From positions 26,565 through 90,564 of the IMG/VR virus record IMGVR_UViG_3300042486_001390: DNA of 64,000 nucleotides, one strand, 5' to 3'. Below the pieces are notes generated by a model. That model searched no databases. It worked only from the letters and a program-made list of their open reading frames with translations, and was not told the DNA's origin. The position numbers and the translations under genes are program-made. Positions 26,569 to 36,374 of this stretch are shown one piece after another. This DNA is from a virus. The first letter of the stretch is position 1; each line of letters opens with the position of its first letter.

Positions 26569-26739
26569 TTGAATTACAGAAAATATTTAGCTGGAATTAG
26601 TATTCCACCAGCAGAAGTTATCACATGGCAAGATAAGAGTGGCAATAATAACCACCTTTTACCACAACCGAAAAAAGGTGGCATCAACGGCTTTCTGTCT
26701 TATCGAGCGATGCTGTTAAATATCATCCCATCCCGTTAA
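26569..26739 (+). pseudogene. Short remnant paralog of the preceding receptor-binding gene
   Basis: TTG start with GGAG RBS; VITWQDKSGNNNH matches VTEWRDKSGFQRN. Confidence 0.5.
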
Positions 26740-27777
26740 TCCAGAAGACATAACATAACTGGTAACAGTAGCTTCAAAAAAGTTCGACTTAGTGTGACCT
26801 TCTCCTTGAGTATCAGAGAATTTCTCTAAATGGGAATAGGGAGATTTTTTGTATTTATCTTCAGTAAAAATTGGATTTAAACCAATAGCTTTTAGTCGAA
26901 TATTGGCAAGGTATTTGGTATATTGATCAGTGCTATCTTCTGTAATTCCTAATATTTGATTGCCGACAATATGATTAGTCCATTTGATTTCCTGCTCAAC
27001 TGCACAATAAAATAAATTTTCTATTTCTTGTTTGCTATAAGAGAAAACATTCATCGCTTCAACAATTAACTTTTGATATAATCGGACGTGGCTTAATTCG
27101 TCTCGATTAATCATCCTAAAAATATCGGCAGAACCAGGCATTAATTGTCGAGAAGCAAGATTGTAAAAGAATACAAATCCATTATAAAAATACAAACTTT
27201 CTAGCAGATAATCAGCGAGAAGGGCGATAAAATAGCTTTCAGTAGTTTGTTTATTGATATATTGCTGATAAAGATTAGCAATAAATTCACAGCGATCCTT
27301 AAGAACTTTATCGGTGCGCCATAAATCATAAATTTCAGCCCTTTTGTTTGAGGGAATAATAGTCTCAATCAAGTATTGATAACTTTGATTGTGCATAGCC
27401 TCTTGAGAGATTTGTTCTGCCATACAAAGGCTAATCTCTGGGGCTGTGACACAAGATTTTAAGTGAGGAATGTTACAGGTTTGTACAGAATCAAGAAAAG
27501 TTAGATAAGACAAAATACCATCATAGGCACGTCTTTCGTCAAGGGTTAAATTATTATAATCAGTTATATCTTGAGTAATATCTATTTTTTGCGGGATCCA
27601 AAAATTTTCACGCATCTGTTGATATAAACCTACAGCCCAAGCGTAGCGGACATCATTTAATTGCATTAGGTTGGTAGTGTTACCAAACCAGATAGATCGA
27701 GTTTCAGTCGCATCATCTCCTGATGGATTAAAGATCGGGGAAATGGGCATTTTATTGTTAAGACTGATCAATGACAT
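26716..27777 (-). CDS. nrdB: Ribonucleotide reductase class I beta subunit
   Basis: FWIPQKI, LTFLDSVQ, QEAMHNQSY, ESLYFYNGF, RDELSH, NFFE. Confidence 0.95.
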   Translation of the reverse strand: MSLISLNNKMPISPIFNPSGDDATETRSIWFGNTTNLMQLNDVRYAWAVGLYQQMRENFWIPQKIDITQDITDYNNLTLDERRAYDGILSYLTFLDSVQTCNIPHLKSCVTAPEISLCMAEQISQEAMHNQSYQYLIETIIPSNKRAEIYDLWRTDKVLKDRCEFIANLYQQYINKQTTESYFIALLADYLLESLYFYNGFVFFYNLASRQLMPGSADIFRMINRDELSHVRLYQKLIVEAMNVFSYSKQEIENLFYCAVEQEIKWTNHIVGNQILGITEDSTDQYTKYLANIRLKAIGLNPIFTEDKYKKSPYSHLEKFSDTQGEGHTKSNFFEATVTSYVMSSGLTGWDDI

Positions 27778-27786
27778 AGTTTTACT

Positions 27787-28068
27787 TTACTTTGGCTCCC
27801 AGTCTTTACATTGTACACAAGAAATAGAGGGATTTACACTACATTTCAGATTAAAATCTTTATGGGTTTCAGGATTATAATATTTACAAGAACTAATCCG
27901 ATTATATTCAGCTATTGAATAGCATTTAAATTGTTTAACCGTGTAGATTAAATTGGTCTTAAATCTAAAAAACACTCTACACACGACAACAGCAAAAATT
28001 AAAGCAGTATAAAGTAAAAATATACTTAATACAATAGTTGCTAGAAAGTTAATAATTATTATTGCCAT
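27787..28068 (-). CDS. Membrane-anchored Cys-rich (DUF6464-like) protein
   Basis: TM helix, then CKYY...LKCSVNP...CVQCKDW. Confidence 0.55.
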   Translation of the reverse strand: MAIIIINFLATIVLSIFLLYTALIFAVVVCRVFFRFKTNLIYTVKQFKCYSIAEYNRISSCKYYNPETHKDFNLKCSVNPSISCVQCKDWEPK

Positions 28069-28073
28069 GATGA

Positions 28074-28259
28074 TTATTTATTTTTTCGAGTATTGATAAA
28101 ATCTTCAAGAATTTCAATAAAACATTCAACAAAACCTTTAAGCCAGCCAATTGTATAAAACGAAATTGAAAAAACAGTTAGGGCAAATATTGTGCTAACT
28201 ACAAGACCTACAGTACATAAAATTACATTAGAGATAATATTCATGATTAATTGGCGCAA
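28074..28259 (-). CDS. Small membrane protein
   Basis: Hydrophobic, 61 aa. Confidence 0.45.
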   Translation of the reverse strand: MRQLIMNIISNVILCTVGLVVSTIFALTVFSISFYTIGWLKGFVECFIEILEDFINTRKNK

Positions 28260-30553
28260 CTAGAACAACTATTGTCAGACTCTTTAAAGTTATCCTTTTG
28301 AACAGTTCGTACATAATAGACTGCTTTACATCCTGATTCCCACGCTAAAACTAGGGTTTCATAAATGTCTTTAGCTGTTAATGCGCGGTTAGGTTCATCA
28401 GGAAAATAAACCCCTTGATTAAGGTTGAACAGCAATTCCATAGAAATCCCTGTATCAATCCATTTTTGCATTTCAGCAATCGCTTGGACGACAATCTTTT
28501 GATCAAGATTTTGATTCTCTTGGTAATACCAAAAGAAATCCTTAATAAAAGGAGGGCAATTAGGGATAGCACCCTTTGAGTTCTTTTCTGTAAATACCCG
28601 CTTAAAAACGGGCAAAACACTGGCAGTGCAACCTTGAATTAAGGAAGAAGTAGTGTTGGGAGCTACAGCAGCAATATGGGAATTTCTAATGCCAAATTGT
28701 TGAATACTTTTGGCTAATTGATGCCATCTCTCTGGTTGACTAGCATTACTTGAAAAATATTCTACTGGTTTAGCCCCTAATAATTTGCCTTGACTCCATT
28801 CACTGTTAGAGAAGGCTTGATAATGTCCACGTTGTTTAGCTAATTCCATCGAAGCGTAAGTACAAAAATAGCTAATATTTTCAAATAAATCACTGATCCT
28901 TGTAAAGTCTTTGTAGGATAATTTCCGTTTAGCTAACCAGTCAGCCAATCCGGTGACACCAACTCCAATCGTTCGATATTTATCATTATGTTCTTTAGCC
29001 TCGCCAATTGGGGGACAAGTGAGGTCGATAGTATTGTCAAGCATCCTGACAGCAAGATGACACATTTCTGATAAATTAGTAGGAGTGTCAATGTTAGCAA
29101 GATTAAGACTAACTAAATTACAGCAATGGGCTGTTTTACCCGGTGTGACATTAGAAAAGCTCTCACAGCACAAATTAACTTGAGGGATGTACCCATCATG
29201 TTTATTAGGATTAGCGCGATTGATAGTATCTTTGAAGGCAAGATAGGGCATACCTGTCTCAATTTGAGGGCGCATAACATCTTTAAATAACTCCCTAGCA
29301 TTAACCTTTTTGTAGAGAGTAATTTTTGTTCCTAGACTATCTTCAATTAATTCATAAGCCTCTTCAAATTTGTCCCCCCATAGCTCTGCTAATTCTATCC
29401 CTAGTTTTATCCGAACTTCATAAGGATCAACTAATGTCCACTCGGCTTTATTTATTACCCGACGCATAAATTCATCGGTGATAACTAATTGGGGAAAAAT
29501 ATCATAAGCTTTGCGTCTTTGATCACCGTTTTCTGTTTGCATTTCCAGAAATTCTGGCACATCTAAATGCCAGATGTCAACACCGATAGTTACTGCCCCG
29601 GCGCGTTTTCCCCCCTGATTTACTGCAATAGCTGTATCGTTGAGTAATTTAATCCAAGGAATAATCCCACCAGAAGCGTTAGCTTTCCCCATAACCGAGC
29701 TACCAGTGGCACGGATTCTACTCACATTCACCCCGACACCGCCACCATTCTTGGAGATGCGAGCAGTATTAGTAATCTCGCTAAAAATACTCTCTAGATT
29801 GTCTTCCATTGCTACGATGAAGCAACTACTTAAAGAACCATTAGGGGTTCTTAAATTGCCTAAAATTGGGGTAGCTAGAGAAATTTTTCTTTGGGCTATG
29901 GCTAGGTAGATTTGATAAGCAAAACGTAATCTATTTTCTGGTTTTTCTACACTTGCAAGTAATAAAGCGCAAGCTAAGAAAGCTTCTTGAGGTAATTCAC
30001 AATCAAGTAAATACCTTTTTGACAGCATGATCGCACCAGCATAGTCAAAATCTTTATCGTATTCTGGGTATATCCACTCTCCCGCAATTTCTAAATCTTT
30101 TTCATCATAGATTTCTGTGATTTTTGGATCATAAACACCCCTTTTTACCTGCCACTGGACATATTTAGCGTAGTCGGTTCCTTCTAATCTTCTGAAAACC
30201 GTGCGAGATAAATAGCCGCCAAATTCTCTTTTAATCCTTGTATCTTTCCATAATCCCCAGATGTGAAGTCTTCCGGCTACATACTTCCAATCGGTTTCTT
30301 CTACACAAAACAATTGTGTGGCAACATTAATTAAATTTTCTTGAATTTCCCTAGTGGTAATCCCATCTCGTAATCGAGAAGTTAATCCTGATTCTAAAGC
30401 GAGGGGATTGACATCTAACCCTTCACACGCCCATTCAACTACTCGCCGAATTTTGGTAATGTCTAAGGGACGAGTTTCTCCACTTCTTTGAATTACGTTA
30501 ATCATTTGGTTACTCCTGATTTTTAATTTTACTTTAATAATCCTAGCGTTCAT
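28247..30553 (-). CDS. nrdA: Ribonucleotide reductase class I alpha subunit with ATP cone
   Basis: ATP-cone N-terminus, LSSCF, NLCCE, CNL, APNTTSS, YYVR, C-terminal CSSC. Confidence 0.95.
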   Translation of the reverse strand: MNARIIKVKLKIRSNQMINVIQRSGETRPLDITKIRRVVEWACEGLDVNPLALESGLTSRLRDGITTREIQENLINVATQLFCVEETDWKYVAGRLHIWGLWKDTRIKREFGGYLSRTVFRRLEGTDYAKYVQWQVKRGVYDPKITEIYDEKDLEIAGEWIYPEYDKDFDYAGAIMLSKRYLLDCELPQEAFLACALLLASVEKPENRLRFAYQIYLAIAQRKISLATPILGNLRTPNGSLSSCFIVAMEDNLESIFSEITNTARISKNGGGVGVNVSRIRATGSSVMGKANASGGIIPWIKLLNDTAIAVNQGGKRAGAVTIGVDIWHLDVPEFLEMQTENGDQRRKAYDIFPQLVITDEFMRRVINKAEWTLVDPYEVRIKLGIELAELWGDKFEEAYELIEDSLGTKITLYKKVNARELFKDVMRPQIETGMPYLAFKDTINRANPNKHDGYIPQVNLCCESFSNVTPGKTAHCCNLVSLNLANIDTPTNLSEMCHLAVRMLDNTIDLTCPPIGEAKEHNDKYRTIGVGVTGLADWLAKRKLSYKDFTRISDLFENISYFCTYASMELAKQRGHYQAFSNSEWSQGKLLGAKPVEYFSSNASQPERWHQLAKSIQQFGIRNSHIAAVAPNTTSSLIQGCTASVLPVFKRVFTEKNSKGAIPNCPPFIKDFFWYYQENQNLDQKIVVQAIAEMQKWIDTGISMELLFNLNQGVYFPDEPNRALTAKDIYETLVLAWESGCKAVYYVRTVQKDNFKESDNSCSSCAN

Positions 30554-30777
30554 TCGATATTAGGACGGTCATTTTCTTCTGATTTTTCGTAAGTCGCTTC
30601 TATAGCTTTATCAATCCAAGCATTGATTTGATCATGCCTAATTTCTCCATAATCGGTTTCATCGTAAACTTCATTTTCACTTTTAATTCCTATATTTGAA
30701 TAAAGTAATAAGAAATTGTATAAATCAATTTCGTTGACCGATTGTATTAACTCTGTAAGAACTTGTTTAGCGTCCAT
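30550..30777 (-). CDS. Hypothetical protein
   Basis: 75 aa ORF in the operon. Confidence 0.5.
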   Translation of the reverse strand: MDAKQVLTELIQSVNEIDLYNFLLLYSNIGIKSENEVYDETDYGEIRHDQINAWIDKAIEATYEKSEENDRPNIE

Positions 30778-30813
30778 TGTTATTTATCTTGAGTGTAATT
30801 TAATTTGAAGTAA

Positions 30814-31212
30814 TTACATCTTTGTCGGTTGCCAATTGATTGATATTCTCAGTCTATCATAAGTTCCAGCTTTTATAAAGCCACACTCTTCTAAATATTC
30901 TATTAAAGGTTTAATTCGTGTTCTAGGAAACCCTAGAGTGTCAGCTAATTCTGTAATATTAATCATTGTAAATTTGCCGTTATTTTTTTCTTTTATTGAC
31001 TTTGCAGTAGATATAATGATCTGTCCTTTTATAGCCAAATAAGCTTTTAAGTTGCCATAATATTGTTGTCCTCTTGCTGTCTTTAAAGAGTTAATTATAG
31101 CAGTCTCATTGCCGTTAAAACACAGGTTGCAAGGATTAACATAGCAAGGGCATTTATACAGATAAGTGCCGTCGGGAAAGGATTGTCCTTTTGGGATGAT
31201 TTGTGTTGGCAT
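30814..31212 (-). CDS. HTH-containing protein
   Basis: ITELADTLG...LIEYLEECGFI. Confidence 0.5.
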   Translation of the reverse strand: MPTQIIPKGQSFPDGTYLYKCPCYVNPCNLCFNGNETAIINSLKTARGQQYYGNLKAYLAIKGQIIISTAKSIKEKNNGKFTMINITELADTLGFPRTRIKPLIEYLEECGFIKAGTYDRLRISINWQPTKM

Positions 31213-32811
31213 TTATTTATCCTGAATGTAATTTGTTTTTAGTTGAGATGCCCGTTCAATTTCTCTAGCTAGGTAGCCGATATGAAAAGATTGAATACTG
31301 GGACAATCGGCAATTATTTGACGGATTAGCTTCAAAGGATTCTTACCTTCCCATTTTCCCACAAATTCACCGTTAGGGTTTAGCTGACTGACTGTGATAT
31401 TATTACTATCTGTTTCCACTAAAAAGTTACCAGCAGGATCACTGTAGCCTCGAAACTCTTGACTAATAATTGATTGGTATTGATTGTTAATTAACTGTTC
31501 TACATTTTCCCAACAGTCATCGTAAATATGGGCTGATTGACTAATGGTAATCAGTGGACCCATTGATAAATCGTAGTCAGACTGCCTAGCAATTTCATCT
31601 CTGATATGACGCTGTAAAGCCCGTAATCCCATTGCATTAGCTGGCCAAGCGGAAAACATATCATTACTTCTAAAGGTAGCTGTTAAAGACAGTTCATTAT
31701 CTACTACTCTTACCCAGATATGATTGAGACAGGGAGATCCGCTGTGATTATGATCTGAATCGCCTACCGAGCGGCCTCCTCGGTCAATAGAATTTGGTAC
31801 TATTTCCCACCCGTCAGAATCGAAAAAAAACTCGTTTGATCGGGAAAACTCACTTTTTAAAGCCAAGCTGTAACATCCACTGGTAAGACTTTGGGGGTTG
31901 CCACTCCCGCTATCCCAAAGGGACATAACGGCACTAGCTGAGTCATTTTCTTCAATCAATTTGTTGATAACTGCTTTAATCTGGTCTTGACCAAACCAAG
32001 AGCGTAATCTTTGACCATAGGTATATTTAACCCCCTCCCTATAATCAGCATCATCAAGTATTTGTGGGATATAGTTCTTTAGATATTCTCTATCTAAAGG
32101 TAAGTAATTAGGTTCTGGAAAATAAAAATCTTCTGGTTCATCGGTAACTATCGCCATTAGGTCGATTAACTCTTGCCATTTACCATCATACCCAGTAGGT
32201 CTGATAGTGCCAATAGTTTTGATTCTTTGCAGTATTTTTATCCAAGTTTCAGCAATGGTTTTACCTTCAATCCGATGACCATATCGTGAACCGGGTTTTA
32301 CTTCTGATGTAGGTTCATTGTAGGGAAAAACCATCGGTTCTGCCCACAAACCAAAGTTTCCTACTTCTACTATTGATTTTATATCTATATCCCGTTCAAG
32401 ATTTGGTATTAAAATCACAGAATATCGTAATTGATTTAAAACTTCTAAAGGAATATTTATATCAATATATCCTTTCACTAAAGAATCAATTACCCAACAC
32501 TCTTTCCCTACATAATTCTTCCCTCTATAAACCCCATTTTTAAAGAAGTCTTTTAGACATTGAACGCTACCAGAATTTTTGTCTTCTTGGGTTGAATCCA
32601 TTACAACAAGATAACGAACGTGGGGATTAGCTAACAAATTGCGAACCAGAAAGTTAATTCCCCTTGATGCGCTATAGAGGTTCCCGATCACAGCATAATC
32701 AGAAGGATCAAGTTTTGCGGCTACCGACTTAGCAGGAGTCCATCCTGTACAGATAGCAATATAGCCACTGCCTAAAATCAACTGATTGGGCTTGTAGATT
32801 GCATTAAACAT
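31213..32811 (-). CDS. thyA: Cyanobacterial-type thymidylate synthase with MtrA-like N-terminus and DUF4346-like C-terminus
   Basis: YTYGQRL, SPCL, FRSND...WPAN, SAHIY; N-terminal AICTGWT...LLANP; C-terminal DPAGNF...HIGYLAREI. Confidence 0.85.
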   Translation of the reverse strand: MFNAIYKPNQLILGSGYIAICTGWTPAKSVAAKLDPSDYAVIGNLYSASRGINFLVRNLLANPHVRYLVVMDSTQEDKNSGSVQCLKDFFKNGVYRGKNYVGKECWVIDSLVKGYIDINIPLEVLNQLRYSVILIPNLERDIDIKSIVEVGNFGLWAEPMVFPYNEPTSEVKPGSRYGHRIEGKTIAETWIKILQRIKTIGTIRPTGYDGKWQELIDLMAIVTDEPEDFYFPEPNYLPLDREYLKNYIPQILDDADYREGVKYTYGQRLRSWFGQDQIKAVINKLIEENDSASAVMSLWDSGSGNPQSLTSGCYSLALKSEFSRSNEFFFDSDGWEIVPNSIDRGGRSVGDSDHNHSGSPCLNHIWVRVVDNELSLTATFRSNDMFSAWPANAMGLRALQRHIRDEIARQSDYDLSMGPLITISQSAHIYDDCWENVEQLINNQYQSIISQEFRGYSDPAGNFLVETDSNNITVSQLNPNGEFVGKWEGKNPLKLIRQIIADCPSIQSFHIGYLAREIERASQLKTNYIQDK

Positions 32812-33149
32812 TGGCTTTTCCTTTTTCTTTAATATTGGGTTGCTTCCAAGTTTCTATTTCTTTCAGAAATAAATCAGATTTAGGTTTCCAATTTTCTATT
32901 TCTTCTAGAAGCAAGTCCAGTTTTGCGTTGATTTCTTCAAGAGTCATAATTGATTTTACCTCTACTTTGTTCAAGAGATTTTATTTCTGCTAATGTTTTT
33001 TTTGATTGATTCTTTTTCATTGGCAAGCAATTCTCTTACTTTTTGAAAAAGAATCAATATTCTTTTGTCAATTTCTGTGATAGTTATAAGTCCCTCTTTA
33101 TTTGAGAATTTTTTACGAAAAGCAAATATTAGGGATGCTATCAGAAACT

Positions 33150-33446
33150 TTAACAAATATACGAAAGGTTTAGAGGAGGAGATGCGGGATGAGGTCTAAC
33201 AAATACATGATGTACCAATCCAGCTAGTTGATAAGTTCCAATGTATTGTCCTTTTTTATCTATCAAATCGTCATCAGTACAGTAAGTCAAAATATCAAAA
33301 ATCCTCTTAGGTTCTTCTGTTTCTACTAATGCCCAAAGTGTAGGAATATTATTCTGCAACTGAACGCATAATATCTTTGCGTTTAAAGGCATTTCGATCT
33401 CGTGACAAGAAGTTGTATCTATAGGGTACTTCCAGATGGTTCTCAT
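33150..33446 (-). CDS. Conserved phage hypothetical protein
   Basis: TIWKY...ILCVQLQ...LWALV...YIGTYQ...VHHVF. Confidence 0.65.
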   Translation of the reverse strand: MRTIWKYPIDTTSCHEIEMPLNAKILCVQLQNNIPTLWALVETEEPKRIFDILTYCTDDDLIDKKGQYIGTYQLAGLVHHVFVRPHPASPPLNLSYIC

Positions 33447-33501
33447 TGGTTTTTTGGGTTAGTGTACATTGATCCGATAACCGATAACTGGCACTGTAGT
33501 A

Positions 33502-33705
33502 TTACTCTGGTTTTTGCCACGGATTATCACCTAATCCCCATTGATGTTTAAGAAAAGCTTTGTACATATTTTCTCTGACCATCATTTGTTCGTAAAGCTT
33601 GATCAGGAAATCCTGCGCTTGCTCCTGACTCATTTTTTCTACCTGAGTCTGAAAAGAACGAATATTGAACTGCTGTTCTAAAGAAAGTTTGATAGGTTGA
33701 GACAT
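33502..33705 (-). CDS. nblA: Phycobilisome degradation protein NblA
   Basis: LSLEQQFNIRSFQTQVEKMSQEQAQDFLIKLYEQMMVRENMYK. Confidence 0.95.
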   Translation of the reverse strand: MSQPIKLSLEQQFNIRSFQTQVEKMSQEQAQDFLIKLYEQMMVRENMYKAFLKHQWGLGDNPWQKPE

Positions 33706-33720
33706 AGCATTACTCCTAAA

Positions 33721-33915
33721 TTAAAATTCAGACTCTTCTTTTTGAGGTTCAAATCTATTATCAAAGTCTTCCAACGTTTGTTTTAGACAATGATAAAAGC
33801 CATTAAATTCGTCAAAAGGTTCCCAGTCTTTTTCGTGATGTTTGAGTAGCTTTCTTGCCATTTCTGGTTCAATGGGAACATAGATGTAATCTTCTAGCGT
33901 GAATTTATCTTCCAC
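33721..33915 (-). CDS. Hypothetical protein
   Basis: 64 aa ORF in the operon. Confidence 0.5.
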   Translation of the reverse strand: MEDKFTLEDYIYVPIEPEMARKLLKHHEKDWEPFDEFNGFYHCLKQTLEDFDNRFEPQKEESEF

Positions 33916-34183
33916 CGCCTAACTCCTCCCAAAAATTGTCAAAACAAGTGATTTTCATCTCTAATCTTCTGTCAAATAAATCTTGAAAATTAGGATTATC
34001 AATTTCTTTTTTTATTCTATCAGAGTATTCATGTACAAAAGAAATAATGTTTTCAAGGCTGATAGCATTGTTAGCTTCATCTTGATAATATTGTTCTTTT
34101 TGAGCATCCGACATTTTATCCCAAATTTGACTTCTTAATTCTATTAAGTCTTTTTTAAGGTTTTTTATTAGATTCGCATCCAT
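33905..34183 (-). CDS. Hypothetical protein
   Basis: 92 aa, AGAGG RBS. Confidence 0.55.
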   Translation of the reverse strand: MDANLIKNLKKDLIELRSQIWDKMSDAQKEQYYQDEANNAISLENIISFVHEYSDRIKKEIDNPNFQDLFDRRLEMKITCFDNFWEELGGGR

Positions 34184-34206
34184 ACCATAACACCTCTTTT
34201 AGATAA

Positions 34207-34392
34207 TTATCTCTTTTTGATCGCCATTTTTTCGAGTATTAACCGAGTATCTTTTTCTGCCTGAGATTTAGCGTATAAAGCTATAAACTTTAATCCTTTG
34301 CGAATAATTTCAGCCCTCGGTAAATTCAACTGCTGAGATATTTCTTCGAGACATTCTGAGCTTTTCCCACTAATTGAAATTTTGATAATCAT
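34207..34392 (-). CDS. CopG/RHH-family regulator
   Basis: KISISG...LEEISQQLNLPRAEIIRKGL. Confidence 0.6.
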   Translation of the reverse strand: MIIKISISGKSSECLEEISQQLNLPRAEIIRKGLKFIALYAKSQAEKDTRLILEKMAIKKR

Positions 34393-34402
34393 GTTTTAGC
34401 TC

Positions 34403-34606
34403 TTACCGATACTTCTCCACTAAATAATCAATATACGATTCTTTGGGGTCTTCTGAGCCTAAATCAACAACCCCCACTAAGTTTCTTGTCCAAGAATCAA
34501 GATCGCTTATGTTAGGGAATGAGAGTAGGTGATTTTTTGCTTTGTCTTTTACTATCGCAATATTTAACATGAAAAATGTTAAATCTATCAGTAATTGTTT
34601 TGACAT
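34403..34606 (-). CDS. Hypothetical protein (antitoxin C-terminus-like)
   Basis: WTRNLVGV...YIDYLVEKYR. Confidence 0.45.
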   Translation of the reverse strand: MSKQLLIDLTFFMLNIAIVKDKAKNHLLSFPNISDLDSWTRNLVGVVDLGSEDPKESYIDYLVEKYR

Positions 34607-34647
34607 AATTTTATCTTGTTTCTACAAATTTACCATAATTAAACTAT

Positions 34648-35151
34648 ATGCCTTCTTACTTGAATTGTCAAGATAATTTTGATACACTAAGATTAGAAAA
34701 ATTTATATTAATACAAATGTTCGACAGTGCTATTGGAGTTGCGGGAAAGTTTCTAGAAAATCCCACAATTAAGGCTAATGCCTCTCTATCCTTTTCCGTG
34801 GCTACAGGCTCGACTATAACTACAGATAGCGTAGGCAATCCGATCATAAGCCCTGCAGCGATGGAATCCGTAGTAATTACCTGTTGGTTGCAACAGTCAA
34901 AACCGCCTGTGGCAGAATTACAAGAGGGTAGTTATCTCGATTGTGAATATTTTGAGGGAAGATTGGTAAAGCCTAAAGATTACCCGCTCCCAGTCAGGAC
35001 TACAGGGGAACTACAAGTAACAATTAATGGCAGAATCGGTCTTGTCAGGCAGTTAAATGTGTTTGAGTCTCCAACAAGTCAACAGTTAGGAATTGCCGCA
35101 AAACTAGGACGGAGAATTAAACTTTATGTAAGGTTTGATCAGGGTAGTTAA
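34648..35151 (+). CDS. Putative head-closure protein (likely start 34717)
   Basis: TTDSVGNP motif, beta-rich; inverted relative to the head operon. Confidence 0.5.
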   Translation: MPSYLNCQDNFDTLRLEKFILIQMFDSAIGVAGKFLENPTIKANASLSFSVATGSTITTDSVGNPIISPAAMESVVITCWLQQSKPPVAELQEGSYLDCEYFEGRLVKPKDYPLPVRTTGELQVTINGRIGLVRQLNVFESPTSQQLGIAAKLGRRIKLYVRFDQGS

Positions 35152-35309
35152 GCACCGGAACCTTTTAAGTAGCCGAGGTATCCTGAAACAATTGCCACGA
35201 TAACATTGCCGTAGGTGTCAGTAGTTTCAGGAGTTAGAGTGGAATGAATCAGGCAAGCGAAAACAATTAAAACACAGACAATAGACGGGTCTAACTTAAG
35301 ATATGACAT
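35148..35309 (-). CDS. Small two-TM protein, holin-like (not in the ORF track)
   Basis: MSYLKLDPSIVCVLIVFACLIHSTLTPETTDTYGNVIVAIVSGYLGYLKGSGA. Confidence 0.55.
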   Translation of the reverse strand: MSYLKLDPSIVCVLIVFACLIHSTLTPETTDTYGNVIVAIVSGYLGYLKGSGA

Positions 35310-35706
35310 TGCTGTTATCATCTTTTATAAAAATTTTCCTTAGAATTGGTTTATCACTAATTGTTAACTTTAATTCGTCTTGGTTCCATTTCGTGAATAT
35401 TGAATCGTATCCATAAATATATTTTAAACTGTCATCGACAATAACCCCCGCTTTTTTTAGCCCATCATTGACATACTTTGCGCTACCACAAACATTATCA
35501 GGGTCACGCCCAAAGTTTTTAATTCGCCATTCGTAAAGCATCCATACTTTGTCAGGAAAACATGGAACTTCTTGTTCTATAATAAGTTTTTGTATATTAA
35601 AATCCCATTCTTTTTTAGTAGTTGCGCTTTTAAATTTATTTGCGCGAGCTAATCTTATTTGATCATTAAGAGTCGGCGGAAGTGGACAGATAAAAATCGC
35701 TTTCAT
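35296..35706 (-). CDS. RusA-like Holliday junction resolvase
   Basis: PPTLN...RDPDNV...KYVNDGL...GVIVDD. Confidence 0.85.
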   Translation of the reverse strand: MKAIFICPLPPTLNDQIRLARANKFKSATTKKEWDFNIQKLIIEQEVPCFPDKVWMLYEWRIKNFGRDPDNVCGSAKYVNDGLKKAGVIVDDSLKYIYGYDSIFTKWNQDELKLTISDKPILRKIFIKDDNSNVIS

Positions 35707-36374
35707 AATCTTGTTGGGCGATACTTTTTAAATATCATTAACAAATCATCAGGAATTGTACCAAGTTGACCAGTCCCATAATTGATTTTTGCCTCTTCAA
35801 AAGGTAATTCAACTGACGAAACACCCTTAAAAGAACCCGTATTGCATACCCAATCTAAAACACGGCCAAAAGCCGCTTTTATCTCTCTTGTTTGTCGGGT
35901 ATCTTGAGAGAAATTAATGCCACTGGAATACTCCACGTCAGCCTCGGAAAACTCAGGATATGGTTCCCGACTGTAGCCATGATAGCCGCCATATCCCCAC
36001 GATCTACCAATTGCTGTAGATAGGTGAATTTGCCCGTCTATATCGATTATGTAGTCGTTAGAACCTAAAATTTGCCAACTATCAGGAGCGATAGCCCGAT
36101 TAAATCCATCGGTAATATTGCCTAGTCTGGCTTTAATTATCGGAGCAGGATTGCTGATAATTGGAGTATTTATACTGACATAAGTTAATCTAAAATTTTG
36201 GAATTTCAGGTTAACTCTTAGTCTTTCCCGGTGACGGGTAATTTCTAGGGGTCGATCTGCCCCTCTATCGCCTTCAATGATTGATTGAACAAAGTAAATC
36301 GCACCAGTGACGGCATCTTCTGATAAAGATACCGATGGTGCGAAAATAGAGAGGTCATCAACGCTAAAAATCAT
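35703..36374 (-). CDS. Head-tail adaptor protein
   Basis: Downstream of the capsid gene; VEYSSG...IPDDLLMIFKKYR. Confidence 0.6.
   Translation of the reverse strand: MIFSVDDLSIFAPSVSLSEDAVTGAIYFVQSIIEGDRGADRPLEITRHRERLRVNLKFQNFRLTYVSINTPIISNPAPIIKARLGNITDGFNRAIAPDSWQILGSNDYIIDIDGQIHLSTAIGRSWGYGGYHGYSREPYPEFSEADVEYSSGINFSQDTRQTREIKAAFGRVLDWVCNTGSFKGVSSVELPFEEAKINYGTGQLGTIPDDLLMIFKKYRPTRL

Noticed and set aside
35181-35232. TCCTGAAAC/GTTTCAGGA inverted repeat as a structured RNA or CRISPR repeat
   Set aside because: Lies within a plausible 53-aa membrane ORF and has no other repeat features.
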